The notes: generated by a model from the letters alone, not told the origin. Positions 38,773 through 55,104 are shown, counted from the stretch's first letter. The stretch: DNA of 64,000 nt from Octopus sinensis (GCF_006345805.1 NC_043007.1:40114001-40178000), one strand, 5' to 3'. A program made the numbers and translations.

Positions 38773-39350
38773 TGTATGTGTGTATGTGGGATATATGTGC
38801 TTCCATGTGTATGCGTGAGTGTGTGTGTGTGTGTGTATGTGGGGTATATGTGCTTCCATGTGTATGTGTGAGTGTGTGTGTGTGTGTGTATGTGGGGTAT
38901 ATGTGCTTCCATGTGTATGTGTGAGTGTGTGTGTGTGTGTGTGTGGATGTGGGTATATGTGCTTCCATGTGTATGTGTGAGTGTGTGTGTGTGTGTGTGT
39001 ATGTGGGGTGTATGTGCTTGCGTGTGTATGCGTGAGTGTGTGTGTGTGTGTGTATGTGGGGTGTATGTGCTTCCATGTGTATGCGTGAGTGTGTGTGTGT
39101 GTGTGTATGTGGGGTGTATGTGCTTCCATGTGTATGCGTGAGTGTGTGTGTGTGTGTGTGTATGTGGGGTATATGTGCTTCCATGTGTATGCGTGAGTGT
39201 GTGTGTGTGTGTGTATGTGGGATGTATGTGCTTCCGTGTGTATGCGTGAGTGTGTGTGTGTGTGTGTGTATGTGGGGTGTATGTGCTTCCATGTGTATGC
39301 GTGAGTGTGTGTGTGTGTATGTGGGGTGTATGTGCTTGCGTGAGTATGCG
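38773..39350. repeat. Minisatellite, 11 units of about 50-56 bp with an embedded variable (GT)n
   Basis: Unit tatgtggggtRtatgtgcttccatgtgtatgcgtga(gt)n recurs at 38783, 38836, 38889, 38946, 39000, 39053, 39106, 39161, 39214, 39269 and 39318. Confidence 0.9.
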
Positions 39351-39727
39351 TTTGTGTATTTTTGTACGAGTGTGCGTGTTTGCGTATTTTTGTACAAATG
39401 TGTGTTTGCATGTGTATGTGTGTGCACGTGTTTGTGTGTATGCGTGTGTTGGTGCACCTATGTGTGCATGTGTACGTACGTACGTACGTATGTGCGTGTG
39501 TTTGCATGTGTGTTTGTGCGAGTTTGTGAGTGCCAGGAGTTATTTCTGCGTGCGTGTGTGTATGTATGTATTTCTAAATGTGTGTATGTGTGTGTGTGTG
39601 TATGTGTGTATTTCTAAATGTGTGTGTGTGTGTTTGTCTACGCCCCCCCCCAACATTACTTGACAACCGATGCTGGTGTGTTTACGTCCCTGTAACTTAG
39701 CGGTTCGGCAAAAGAGACCGATAGAAT

Positions 39728-39841
39728 AAGTACTAAGCTTACATAGAAAATTCCTGGGGCCGATGTGCTCGGCTAAAGGCGGTGCTCCAGCATGGCCGCA
39801 GTCAAATGACTGATACAAGTAAAAGAGTATATATGTGTGTA

Positions 39842-39929
<88 letters not shown>

Positions 39930-40343
39930 TTATATATATATATATATATATGAATATAAACAAGGAATAATATGGATTACTACCAGTGGCCCAGCACAAA
40001 AGACGAATTATCATTAGACAAAATATTATTCATATAGAAATATAATTAAGGGCTCCTAAATAAGGATGCCAATGCTATTTATTTAGAGCCCTTATTATAT
40101 TTCTATATGAATCATATTTTGTCTAATGACTAATTAGTCTTTTGTGCTGGGCCACTGGTAGTAATATATTATTACCCTTTGTTTATATTCATATATATTA
40201 TATATATAAATATATATATATATATTATATACACACATATATACTCTTTTACTTGTATCAGTCATTTGACTGCGGCCATGCTGGAGCACCGCCTTTAGCC
40301 GAGCACATCGGCCCCAGGAATTTTCTATGTAAGCTTAGTACTT
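39728..40343. repeat. 616-bp inverted duplication with a 15-nt loop
   Basis: Arms 39728-40063 and 40079-40343 include a SINE tail with identical private variants; loop ggatgccaatgctat. Confidence 0.9.
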
Positions 40344-40715
40344 TCTCTCTTCGCTCTTATACGCCATTTGGTCCAATCTCTCCCCCCCCTCCTCATCTAA
40401 CCCCCCTCTCCCCCCCTCCTCACCTATCCTTTCTCCCCCCGACCCCTACTTCTTCAGTCCTTCATCCTTTCACCCCTACTCCCCTTCCCTTCTTCCCTCT
40501 TTCTCCCTCCCTCTTCCCCTTCCCTCTGCTCCCTCACTCCCTCCCTCTCCCCTTCTCTCTCTCCTCCTCTCCCTCTCTCCCTTTCCTCCTTCATCCCCCT
40601 CCTCACCTTCCTTCTCCCCCATCGTCTCCTCTTCTCCCCCCTTCTCTCCCCCTCTTCTTCCCCTCCCCTTCTCTCCCCCCCTCTCTTCTCCCCTCCCCCT
40701 CTTTCTCTCCTCACT
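40344..40715. repeat. Pyrimidine-rich (C/T) tract with many C runs
   Basis: Visible directly; the G-rich minus strand may form G-quadruplexes. Confidence 0.85.
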
Positions 40716-40769
40716 ACACCACATGACTTTACACATCACATCACATATGATGTACCATACTAATACACA

Positions 40770-41085
40770 CACCAACTAATACATACTAATACGTACCATA
40801 CATACTAGTACATACTAATACTTACACCAACCCTATACATACACACGTCCAGACCCCGCATACGCACTTATACTCTCTCACACACACACACACACCTATA
40901 CATACCAATACGTACTAATACATACTAATACATACACCAACCCCATACATACGCACGTCCAGACCAATCTTACGCACTAATACTCTCTCATACAACACAC
41001 ACACACACACACACACACACCCCGTAACATACTAATACATACACCAACCCTATACATACACACATCCAGACCCCTCCCACGCACT
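40770..41085. repeat. About three tandem copies of a roughly 110-bp unit
   Basis: catactaatacatacaccaaccctatacatacacacgtccagacc..acgcact recurs three times. Confidence 0.75.
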
Positions 41086-41260
41086 TTTAGCTGGTCACTC
41101 AACCCTTTTATATCAACCCTATTATCTCCCCTTATTTCGCTCTCGCGTCTCATGTTTGATCTTTGACCTCTGGCCGAAATCAGATCGCCATGTTGATTCG
41201 TTAGCTACTGCACGCATTTTTTTCTCTCTCCTTCTTTCTGTGTTTTTCTCTCTCTGTGTA

Positions 41261-41298
41261 TCTTTCTGTTGAAGAGCGTAGGCTCGAAACGTTAAAGA
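41261..41298 (+). ncRNA. Minimal hammerhead-like motif with U at position 6
   Basis: ucuuu-CUGUUGA-A-GAGC-guag-GCUC-GAAA-CGU-U-aaaga; 5-bp stem I. Confidence 0.5.
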
Positions 41299-41395
41299 CT
41301 TGTTTTATTTATATTTCCTGAGCGCCATACTAATACAATTGTTCGTTTGTCTTCCACCTGCCTTCGTCTTTTGTTTATTTTCATAAAGCTTCCCG

Positions 41396-41444
<49 letters not shown>

Positions 41445-41625
41445 TGCGAAATGAAGTTTTTAATTCTAGGCGTAGGAGTGGCTGTGTAGTAAGTAGCTTG
41501 CTTATTAATCACATGGTTCCAGTTCAGTCCCACTGCGTGGAACCTTGGGCAAGTATCTTCTACTAGCCTCTGACCAACCAAAACCTTGTGAGTGGATTGT
41601 AGACGGAACCTGAAAGAAGCCTGTC

Positions 41626-41710
<85 letters not shown>

Positions 41711-42184
41711 ATATTATAATATATATATATAGTTACGAAATGAAGTTTTTAATCCTAGGCGTAGGAGTGGCTGTGTGGTAAGTAGCTTGCTTACGAATCA
41801 CATGGTTCCAGGTTCAGTCCCACTGCATGGCACCTTGGGCAAGTGTCTGTCTGTATGTATGTATGTATGTATGAGTTTATATATGGCATGGCTATTGGAA
41901 ATGTTTGATTTGAAAGCGAAACAAATGCCGACCTTTACCCCCAGTGCAAAAAGAAAGAAAAAATAAAAGAAAAACAGAAACAGTAGTGACCTTGAGAATA
42001 TAACTGTCCGAAGTGACACACAATAGATGTAATTATGATCATTGTTTACAAGAGATGACTGCTAAGATTAATTAGTAAGTCATCACGTATAAACAGATAT
42101 AGATTTATGCACACACACACACATACACAATTATATATAGATACATACATGCTAAAATCTATATTAGTAAAATTGTCATGCACT

Positions 42185-42227
42185 TAGCGCATTCATACCT
42201 ACTTAGATAGATAGATAGATATATAGT

Positions 42228-42307
<80 letters not shown>

Positions 42308-42365
42308 CAGATAGGTAGATAGATAGACAGATAGGTAGATAGATAGTTAGATATAGATAGGTAGG

Positions 42366-42400
<35 letters not shown>

Positions 42401-42404
42401 TTAG

Positions 42405-42435
<31 letters not shown>

Positions 42436-42521
42436 GATAGATAGATGAATAGATAGATAGATAAACAGATAGATAGATATATAGATATAGATAGATAGAT
42501 AGATAGATATAGACAGATAGG

Positions 42522-42552
<31 letters not shown>

Positions 42553-42575
42553 GTATAGATAGATAGACAGATAGG

Positions 42576-42606
<31 letters not shown>

Positions 42607-42702
42607 ACAGATAGATAGATAGATAGATATAGATAGATAAACAGATAGATAAATAAATAAACAGATAGATTGATAGATAGATAGATAGATAAATAGATAG
42701 AC
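42185..42702. repeat. Long degenerate (GATA)n microsatellite
   Basis: Visible directly; explains the 192-aa YLSI ORF. Confidence 0.95.
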
Positions 42703-43973
42703 GTATTAATGAGCTCTATGTTCAACACTTTTGCCATTCAGGTTTCCATCTTTATGGCTAACCTCATTAAACTTCCCCTGTTGCATGATTCCAAAGGACC
42801 TATATGGTCTGAGGAGGGCCATAACGTAATATAATGAGAACATCAACAATGAAAGAAAAGAGCAAAGGGTGGAACTTGGTACTCTTTTATTTCATCTGTT
42901 ACACATGTTTCAGTATTTGGTAACACATGATATCTCACTGTAAATAGAATCCTCAGATGCACCTCATAAATGTAGCATGCATTATCACACTGAACTCATC
43001 TTCAGATTGATGAGAAATGCATGTTACGAATATGCAGCTACCATATTTTAATACCTACTTCTTTACTACCCACAAGGGGCTAAACACAGAGGGGACAAAC
43101 AAGAACAAACAAACGAATTAAGTCGATTATATCGACCCCAGTGCATAACTGTTACTTATTTAATCGACCCCGAATGGATGAAAGGCAAAGTCGACCTCGG
43201 CGGAATTTGAACTCAGAACGTAGAGGCAGACGAAATACGGCTACGCATTTTGCTGCCAGCTCACCACCTTATTTGAATACCAATTTGAACACCATATTTG
43301 AATACCAATAAGCTACAATGTCAATGTGAGGAGCATGCTCATCTCTAAGGGGGTGCACAGTATGGCACTGCCTCCTCACTATTCAATTGTGCACCCCCTA
43401 ATTTACACTTAGTTTAAAAGTCCACTTTAGCATTACAAATATACATACATACACACAAATCCACTTTAGCATTATTGCAAATTAGTACCCACCCAGAACA
43501 TTCTGAAGCACCCCCTGGCACCAAAGTCTGGTGCCTCCCCACCTCTCGCCTTCACAGACACCAATGTAGACTGGTGTTGATAAGAATAGGGGTCAGCTGC
43601 CAACTTGAATGTGGAGATACAGATCGCAAATGTGTAACCTTAAGTGACACAGCCTTTCTTTTACATTTTGGCCTGTAAAATAAATTTCAGTCAAGTACTC
43701 TAGTTGATCTATTCTACAGTACCCTGCATCTCCTATGCCTTCAGAGTTTTGTTTCCAATGTTGCATTGTCATAATAACTGACAGAAGGTAGACATCAACT
43801 TTGCCTTTCATCCTTTCAACATCGAACAAATAAAGATCCAGTGAAATGCCATGGTCGATGTCACTGACTGCCTCCTTCCTTTTAATTTGTGGCTTTGTAC
43901 ATATGTAAGAACCTGCTATTACTGATAGAAGAGCAGTAACGGAATAGTAGATTCACTATTCCAAATAAACAGA

Positions 43974-44374
43974 AAGGCGGCAAGCTGGCAGAAACTTTAG
44001 CACGCTGGGCAAAATGCTTAGCGGTATTTTGCCTGCCGCTACGTTCTGAGTTCAAATTTGCTTTTCATCCTTTCGGGGTCGATTAAATAAATACCAGTTA
44101 CGCACTGTGGTTGATATAATCGACTTAATCCGTTTGTCTGCCCTTGTTTGTCCTCTCTGTGTTTAGCCCCTTGTGGGTAGTAAAGAAATAGGTATTTTGT
44201 CTGCTGCTACATTCTGAGTTCAAATTCCGCAGAAGTCAACTTTGCCTTTCATCCTTTTGGGGTCACTTAAATAAGTACCAGTTATGCACTGGGGTTGATA
44301 TAATTGACTTAATCCGTTTGTCTGTCCTTGTTTGTCCCCTCTGTGTGTAGCCTCTTGTGGGCAGTAAAGAAATA
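43974..44374 (+). mobile_element. Family B SINE dimer with an 18-bp duplication
   Basis: GGAATAGTAGATTCACTA at 43941-58 and 44375-92, with 15 extra nt before the head. Confidence 0.85.
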
Positions 44375-45154
44375 GGAATAGTAGATTCACTAGTAGACAA
44401 TCCCTGTCTTAAATTGCTGTGGTTTTGAAGTCATTATTATTTTATTACAAAGGCTGTGAGCTGGCAGAATCAGTAGCAAGCAAGGCAAAAAAAGCTTAGT
44501 GGGATTTCACCCGTCTTTATGTTCTAAATTCAAATTCCACCGAAGTTAACTTTGCCCTTCATCCTTTCAAGGTTGATGAAATTAGTACCAGTTGAGCACT
44601 GGAGTCAATGTAATCGACTGTCCTCATTCCCTAGAATTTCTGGCCTTGTGCCTATAGTAGAAAGGATTATTTATATATCATTATAGTTCTGCACCAGTCA
44701 GTTTATGTCATACCGTCATCGTCATCATCATCGTCACTTTCATTTTATGTCTACTTTCCATAGCTGCACGGATTGGATAGTTTGACAGGATCTGACAAGT
44801 TAACAGTCTGTGTTATGCTCCAATGTCTCTATGTTAGCTTGGTTTCTACAGCTGGATGCTCTTCCTACACACTTCACACCAGTGGTTCCTAACCTGGGGT
44901 CTGCAGAGGTAGTACTGGGGGTTTGTGAACTAAATTCCAAGTTTCATTCATATATATATATATGCCTTCGAAATGCAGAGTAGATGAAAGAGGGACAACT
45001 GAAGAAGGGGAATATTCTTTATGTTGTATGTCTCGTTTCTTTGTTTTTTTTTTGTTGTTCAAAAATAGTTCGTTTCTATGTTTTTGTTTTTATGTTTTCG
45101 TTTCTCATTGTGTTCAACGTTTTTTTGATGTCCTGTACCCATATATGCTTGTAT

Positions 45155-46500
45155 ATGTCACAATTCGGATTTATTCCTAACTCCAGCTGCTGTAATCAAC
45201 TCATCGAGTTTCTTGAGGATGTTACCCAAATCACTGATCGCGGATCCTGGGTGGATGTCGTTTACCTGGACTTTGCTAAGGCTTTTAACTCTGTGCCACA
45301 CAAAAGACTTATGGTGAAGCTTTCTGCGTTGGGTGTAAGAGACGAACTCTATAACTGGTTGAAGTCCTTTATTTTCAGCCGAAAAGAGGTTGTCACAGTT
45401 CTAGGACAGCACTCTTCGCCCTATGAGATGACATCTGGTGTACCACAGGGATCTGTTCTTGGCCCCCTTTTATTGTTGCATATGTTAATGACATAGATGC
45501 CAACTTAAAGAATGCCACAGTGCTGAAATATGCAGATGATATCAAGCTGTACCTCGAAATAAAGAGGTCAAATCCTGTACACTATAGATCTCTATTGCAA
45601 GCAGACCTGGACACAATGCAGCAGTGGATCATGGACTGGCAACTCAAGCTGGCTGTGGACAAATGTACCACCATGCATTTTGGGAGGAGAAACCCAGCGT
45701 CCACCTACTCCCTCCACAACACTAGTCTCAAAAAGTCTTCATGTGAACGCGACCTGGGTGTTATTGTCGACAGTGATTTGCGTTGGACAAAACACATCGC
45801 TAATATTGTCAAGAAGGCTGAAGGTGTCTTGGCATCACTCACCAAATCCTTTGTGAGCCGCTCTCCGGCTATCTATCTGCGGCTTTATATAGCTATGGTA
45901 AGACCTCACCTGGAATTTGCATCACCGGTCTGGAACCCCTATCTTGCCCAGGATATCAATCGTCTGGAAGCTGTTCAGCGACGTGCAACCAAAAGAATAC
46001 CCTCCATCAGGCATTTGCCATATCCTGAACGCCTTACTTCCCTGGGCATGGACACATTGAAACTCCGACGTCTGGCAGCTGACTTGGCAGACACCCATAA
46101 AATTATCAACCATCGTACAAACAATAACTCTGAGCACCTTTTCAAACTCCACCCATCTAACACCCGTGGACATATTTACAAAGTAAGAAAACAGCACAGC
46201 TCCCACGACTTCAGGAAACATTTTTTCACACTGAGGGTTGCTGAAGCATGGAACAAACTGCCGGCATCAGTTGTTAGTTGTCGGAGCACTGCATCCTTCA
46301 AAACTTCCATGCTTCCTGAGATTCGCCAACACTACACTTGATTTTCTCCCCTCCATACACACACAAGCATGTATCTGACTCATACATTGTTCGCTTTCCA
46401 GACATTTCTACATTACTGCATGTACTTTATATGCACTTTCTGACAAGTTGTGGTGCACCTGAGCACTGTATACAATTAATTTCATTATTATTTTATTATA
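45155..46500 (+). mobile_element. 5'-truncated CR1-clade LINE, RT nearly intact (one frameshift near 45470)
   Basis: QFGF..VDVVYLDFAKAFNSVPH..SGVPQGSVLGPLL / YVND..LKYADDIKLY..ERDLGVIVD..VRPHLEFASPVWNPY..FFTLRVAEAWNKLP; stop at 46341; 3' UTR ending in attatt repeats. Confidence 0.92.
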
Positions 46501-46564
46501 TATATGTAGGTATGTACATGTATGTATGTATATATGCATATATTTATATATTATTTATATTATA

Positions 46565-46610
<46 letters not shown>

Positions 46611-46956
46611 ATATATATATATATGTAAATATAAGCATGTTAAAAGGGGTCCATGGCAAAACTCGTTTAAATAAAAGGGCTGGGAACCACTGTCTTACAC
46701 AGTGTATTGGGCTGGGCATTTTTTTTTCCATGTAATACCAGCACTAGTGAAAGTCTTTTTGCAACTTTACTAGGCTTAAATTGCCTATGCAGCCCACAAA
46801 ACTTAAAGAAGAATAGAAGAGAGGGTGATGATCTGAAGGTGATTTTTTTTTTATTTTGTGCCAGTATGATATATCAATGTTAACGATATGTTAATATTAA
46901 TGATGTGTTAATTATTAATTCATTTTTCTTCTTTTTCTTCTTCCAGTTGTTTGAAC

Positions 46957-47001
46957 ATGACAGAACTTATCTCACTTCACTCATTTGCTGATGGAGGGTA
47001 A
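46957..47001 (+). promoter_or_regulatory. Out-of-frame upstream ORF (MTELISLHSFADGG*) overlapping the main start codon
   Basis: ATG at 46957, TAA at 46999-47001; the main ATG at 46991 is in another frame. Confidence 0.5.
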
Positions 47002-47085
47002 CGTAGTATTTCTGTTGGTGTGTAGCATCTTCTCTGGCATTATTTTTGCCGTCGGATGCATAGCATCGGTCATCAAGGCTGTTCG
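46991..47085 (+). CDS. Coding exon 1 of an orphan single-pass membrane protein (transmembrane segment)
   Basis: Acceptor ttcttctttttcttcttccAG at 46945-46; in-frame stop at 46958-60 before the ATG; MEGNVVFLLVCSIFSGIIFAVGCIASVIKAV plus CG; perfect donor CG|GTAAGT at 47086 (phase 2). Confidence 0.85.
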
Positions 47086-48508
47086 GTAAGTTGTAGTCAA
47101 GACTGATAACTTTTTTTCCTTCAATCTCTTGTTAGTTGATTTATCATCACTTTTTCTCTTCCCCACCATTGCTACTTTTCCACTGTAGGATCCACATTCA
47201 TATATATTGATGTAAGCAAGATGCTCCTGTCAAGACACTGCTCTGTCAACTGTTAGGTGGGTTCTGAAGGATGTATTCCTCACCATGAAGAGGCTGCTCA
47301 ACTCAGCATGCAAAGAACTGGAAGTGCTTGTCCTATGTGTTAAGATTTTTGTCTATCTTCGGTCCTCAAAGTCCATCACAAGGTCTAGTCCTTGTGGTAA
47401 TACGGCTGCTTGTGTGCTTCAATGACTCAAGGAGCCAGTGAAGCAGAAGCTCCAGGCTGGGCTTCCTGTGCTGAACAAGTCAAAGGAAAGAGACCAAATT
47501 AATATGGGCCACCTGTTTCCAAAGATAAAAAGGGATTTGCGTAGGGACAATAATCCTACCTAGAAAAAAACAAAGTTGCAAAAGCATTGAAGACAATTTG
47601 AAACTAATAAAATCTGGGAGAGGACTACCCAGAGTTGAGATCAGTGGAAAAAACTCATTCATGGCCTAGTTAAGTAAGTAACTGCCCTTAGAAAGGTACT
47701 ATATGGAAGAGGAAAAACAAAACTGAACTCAGAACCCAGAGAACCAGGACAAATACTTCAGAGTGGGGTACCCAATACTTGGAGTGAAGGTGTGTGGCTA
47801 AAGTGATTAAGATATTTGGCTCAGAGTGTAAGGCCATGAATTTGACACTTTGTGGCGCATTGCCACAAGACACTTTATTTCATGTTGCTCCAGTCCACTC
47901 ACAGGCAAAAATGAGCTGTATCTATATTGGACCTCTGCTGAAAACCACTGTATGGTTCTCTAATTATGTGTACTGGGCTTAGCCATGTAATTAACTAGTT
48001 TACTTGTTCATTCAAAGGTTTCAAGTAGAAATTTTTTCCAGCTCAACTTTGGGGAAACCAAAGACAAACCCTTGTGAGAGAAATTGGGAACTAAAAGTAA
48101 GGAAAATGGGAGGCTATTGAAAAGGTAAAGGTGTGGACAGCACAGCAGTTGTAGACTTAGCAGTGTGAATATGTACCATATGATGATGATCATCATCATC
48201 ATCATTATCATTGTTATCATTGTCATCATCATCATCATCACAACTACCACCACCACCACCACCACCACCATCATTATCATCATCATTATTGTCATCATCA
48301 TCATGATCATCATCATCATAATCATTATCATCATCGTCATCATCATTTTAACATCAATTTTTCCATACTTGCAGGAGTCAGATAGAGCTTATTGAAGCAG
48401 ATTTCCAAGCATGCTAATATTTCCATGTAGCCATCTATGTATTGTACGCAATATACACCCACTGTCAACAGACCAGTTACTGCCGTATTTTCCCTGAGAT
48501 AACACATC

Positions 48509-48540
<32 letters not shown>

Positions 48541-49552
48541 AATTCATCTTAGTAGCATAGCTAGAGCAGGGCAGAGGGGGGGGGGCAGTCTGCCCCGGGC
48601 AGCACTTTCATGGGGGCGGCACCACTTTTGTATTTTTCGTGGATGCTCAGGGGGCGGCAAACTGAAGGACCACTCCAGGTGACACACACTCTAGCTATGC
48701 TGGTGCCTAGCAGCATCCAGCAAGCACATCAGATACATTTCATCCCTTTTAGATCTTTTCAATAGTGTGCACTCACAGCCACCCACATACTCAGATAACA
48801 ATGCATCATCTCTGATATAGGAAAAGATAACTAAAACATTTACTGATGTTGCTAATAGCTGCTCAGGTAATTAAAAATATTGTATTCACACCTGAAGCTT
48901 TAGTTAATTAAAAGAGCCATCCATGTTGCATACTTAATACATACATACTGTCGATAGTCTGGTTACTGTAGTATGGTTTACTCGCTTCCCTATTCTCATC
49001 CAAGCACGTGGTTGGTCATGGGTACATGCCTTTGCAAAGGCCCAAAAAGGCCAAAATGTATCTGGTGCTCTCATTGGCCATTACAGGGACATCTTTTTGT
49101 CTCTCTCTGATATTGTTTTTTTTTAACACAGCAAGTCCACGAGAGATGTTATCTCTGGACATCTGAGATACCCTCAGTCACAACACAGACCATGGGATTG
49201 CACCTAGAAAGTTACCCTCCCAGGCACAAGTCCAGGCAAGGTTGTTTATGGAAGACCAGCAGTTGCCCATGCATACCAGCCTCCCCTCTCCATACCACCA
49301 GTGTTATCCAAGAGAAAGGCAAAGGCCGATACAGCTTGGCACCTGTGACGTCGCAACTCATTTCTACAGCTGAGTAAACTGGACCAACGTGAAATAAAGT
49401 GTCTTGCTCAAGAACACAACATGCAGCCCAGTCCGGGATTTGAGCTCACAACCTCACGATTGTAAGCTCTACGCTCTAACCACTGAGCCATGCGCCTTCA
49501 CAAATACTGCGGTAACTTGGCCTTTTGACGGTGTATGCATTAAGTGTGTGTG

Positions 49553-49586
<34 letters not shown>

Positions 49587-49655
49587 CGTGAGGGTATTTC
49601 TTTTATATATTTTGTCTTTTATGTTTATCTTTCCTTTTGTTATCTTGAACCACAG

Positions 49656-50349
49656 GGACCGACGACAGATCTTGAGAAGAAGAAATGAACGCAACCAAGT
49701 TGGAATGGGAGATGTGGAGTGTGTCGACAACCTGTCGGAGGAGATTAAAAAAGACCTCACATCAAGTGGAGTCTCTGATAAGAATAGTTCTGAACCTACG
49801 ATAAACTCGGATGCGGCGGCAAAATCCTTAAGGAGTGCCGATACTTTACAGAGTCCAGCCAGTGAGAAAATAGAATTGGTAAAGTGCATGAAAGGATCCT
49901 TTGCAAAAAATTCCCCAGATGAACTACCTGGAAATGCTATCCAGCTTTCTGTGATCGATCGTAAATATGCTGTTTATAGCAAACCAGAAAATGGTTATAT
50001 AAACCGCCAACGTCTTGACAACCATATGACCGAGAATGGAAGCAATCCTCACTCTATTCCAGTTGGTAACACTTGGAAAACAATTAGCGGCAATAATATC
50101 GTTCATAAAAATAGACATTCCACTAGCGGAACTCTGTTGGTGAAAACGCATCCAACTTTTCTGAGGACCAAATCCTACCAATCTGCTATGAAAACTAATA
50201 TTTATGCAGAAGTGCCATCGCCGAGCAAAAGTGATTTTGAGTTTTCGTCCAGCGAAAGTATCATAAAATGTTACCAGTGTAATGAAAGACGTCCGGGACT
50301 TGAAAACAACGCTTACAATGACGAGGATTCACAATTAAGATATTTATAA
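49656..50349 (+). CDS. Coding exon 2 (terminal) of the same gene; total 262 aa
   Basis: Polypyrimidine tract and cacAG at 49654-55; phase matches exon 1 (CG+G = Arg); 230 further non-repetitive codons to TAA. Confidence 0.88.
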
Positions 50350-50527
50350 TTAACAGCACACTTCTAATTATTATTTGTACTGCTAAGTAACATACATTTT
50401 TTCCTATGTTATTTCAAATTAGATACTTCAAGTTCAGAATATTTTTTAATTTAACATATTTCTTTGTTAAAATTACTAAGTGTAATCAACAGAAATGTTC
50501 CCTCCAATGTCTCTTTTCTTTTTTCTC

Positions 50528-50533
50528 AATAAA
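50528..50533 (+). terminator. Candidate polyadenylation signal AATAAA
   Basis: About 180 nt after the stop, followed by T/GT-rich sequence; a second AATAAA at 50946-51. Confidence 0.55.
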
Positions 50534-50644
50534 TATCACTGTTCAAGTAATGTTTAAGTACCAGTCCAGTCCCATACTGGGGTTGACTTAATTGACCACA
50601 ATTTATGGCTATGTACCAAAGTTCGAAAATATTATTATTGTCAA

Positions 50645-53990
<3,346 letters not shown>

Positions 53991-54895
53991 GATAATACTT
54001 AAAAAAAAAAAAGTAACGAGAAACCAAAAAAAAAAACAGTGTGATATAGGATGGGGTGGGGGTCAATATATTCCCGCATATCAGCAGCCCCCCCCCCTCA
54101 TACCATTTCACTTGTGACCTATATTAGATATCCGGAACTGAATCGCTGAAGACTGGGGTTTTACATACTTTGTGATACATTCCTGGCAATAACTTTTGCT
54201 TAATTCCCTCCATTTTGCGTTTAGGGTGTTAAAACTGCAACAACAACATCAGCAAAGTTTTTCTAACTTTATTGTTCATTTGTGGTTCTTTTTAATCTTT
54301 TTTTTTTTTTATGTAGCCTTGAACACAAAGCAGATATTTCTTGCAAGTGCGAGGTGTCACCCTCCACTGTTTTATTTAAATCAAATTAAACGTTTAAATA
54401 TTATTAAAGATGACAATATGAACTGAAAATGCAAAAACATATCTCCTTGTTCCATCAAGTATAAATGAATAAATTGATTAAAACTTAATTAATTAATTAA
54501 AATTTTCTCCCTAACAAAAAAAAAAAAAAATTTAAATATTAAATATTAAAGCGGGGAAGAAAATAAAAGAAACGATACAGGATTTTTTTTAATCTCTTTT
54601 GAATTCTATGAATTGTAACAAGAAGAAACGCAAAATAAATAAATAAATAAATAAATAAATAAAAATGAAACACGCATAAAAAAATAATAAACAAAAAAAA
54701 GATGAAGGTTCAAGCATGGCTGTGTGGTTAAGAAGTTTGCTTCACAACCATGTGGAACAAGGTTCCATCCCAAAGGAGGTACACTTGGGCAAGTGTCTCC
54801 TAATTTAGCTTCGGATTGACCAATATCATTATAATTGTAATTTGGTAAATGGATATTGTCATATATATATGATTATATGTGTATGCATGAGCATG

Positions 54896-54965
<70 letters not shown>

Positions 54966-55053
54966 TGTGTGTGTGTGTGTGTGAGTGTGTGAACATATAT
55001 GTGTATATGCATACATACATACATATACATATATATAATACATACACACAGAC

Positions 55054-55101
<48 letters not shown>

Positions 55102-55104
55102 TGA

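Noticed and set aside
38701-39507. 268-aa and 244-aa His/Thr-rich repeat proteins
   Set aside because: Antisense readings of the minisatellite; no splice or start context.
41445-41850. Tandem duplication of a SINE head plus flank
   Set aside because: Real but ordinary: a (TA)n-bounded local duplication.
49525-49655. N-terminal 44 aa of the 274-aa track ORF (MTVYALSVCVCV...)
   Set aside because: Intronic (GT)n and polypyrimidine tract; the real frame enters at the acceptor at 49656.
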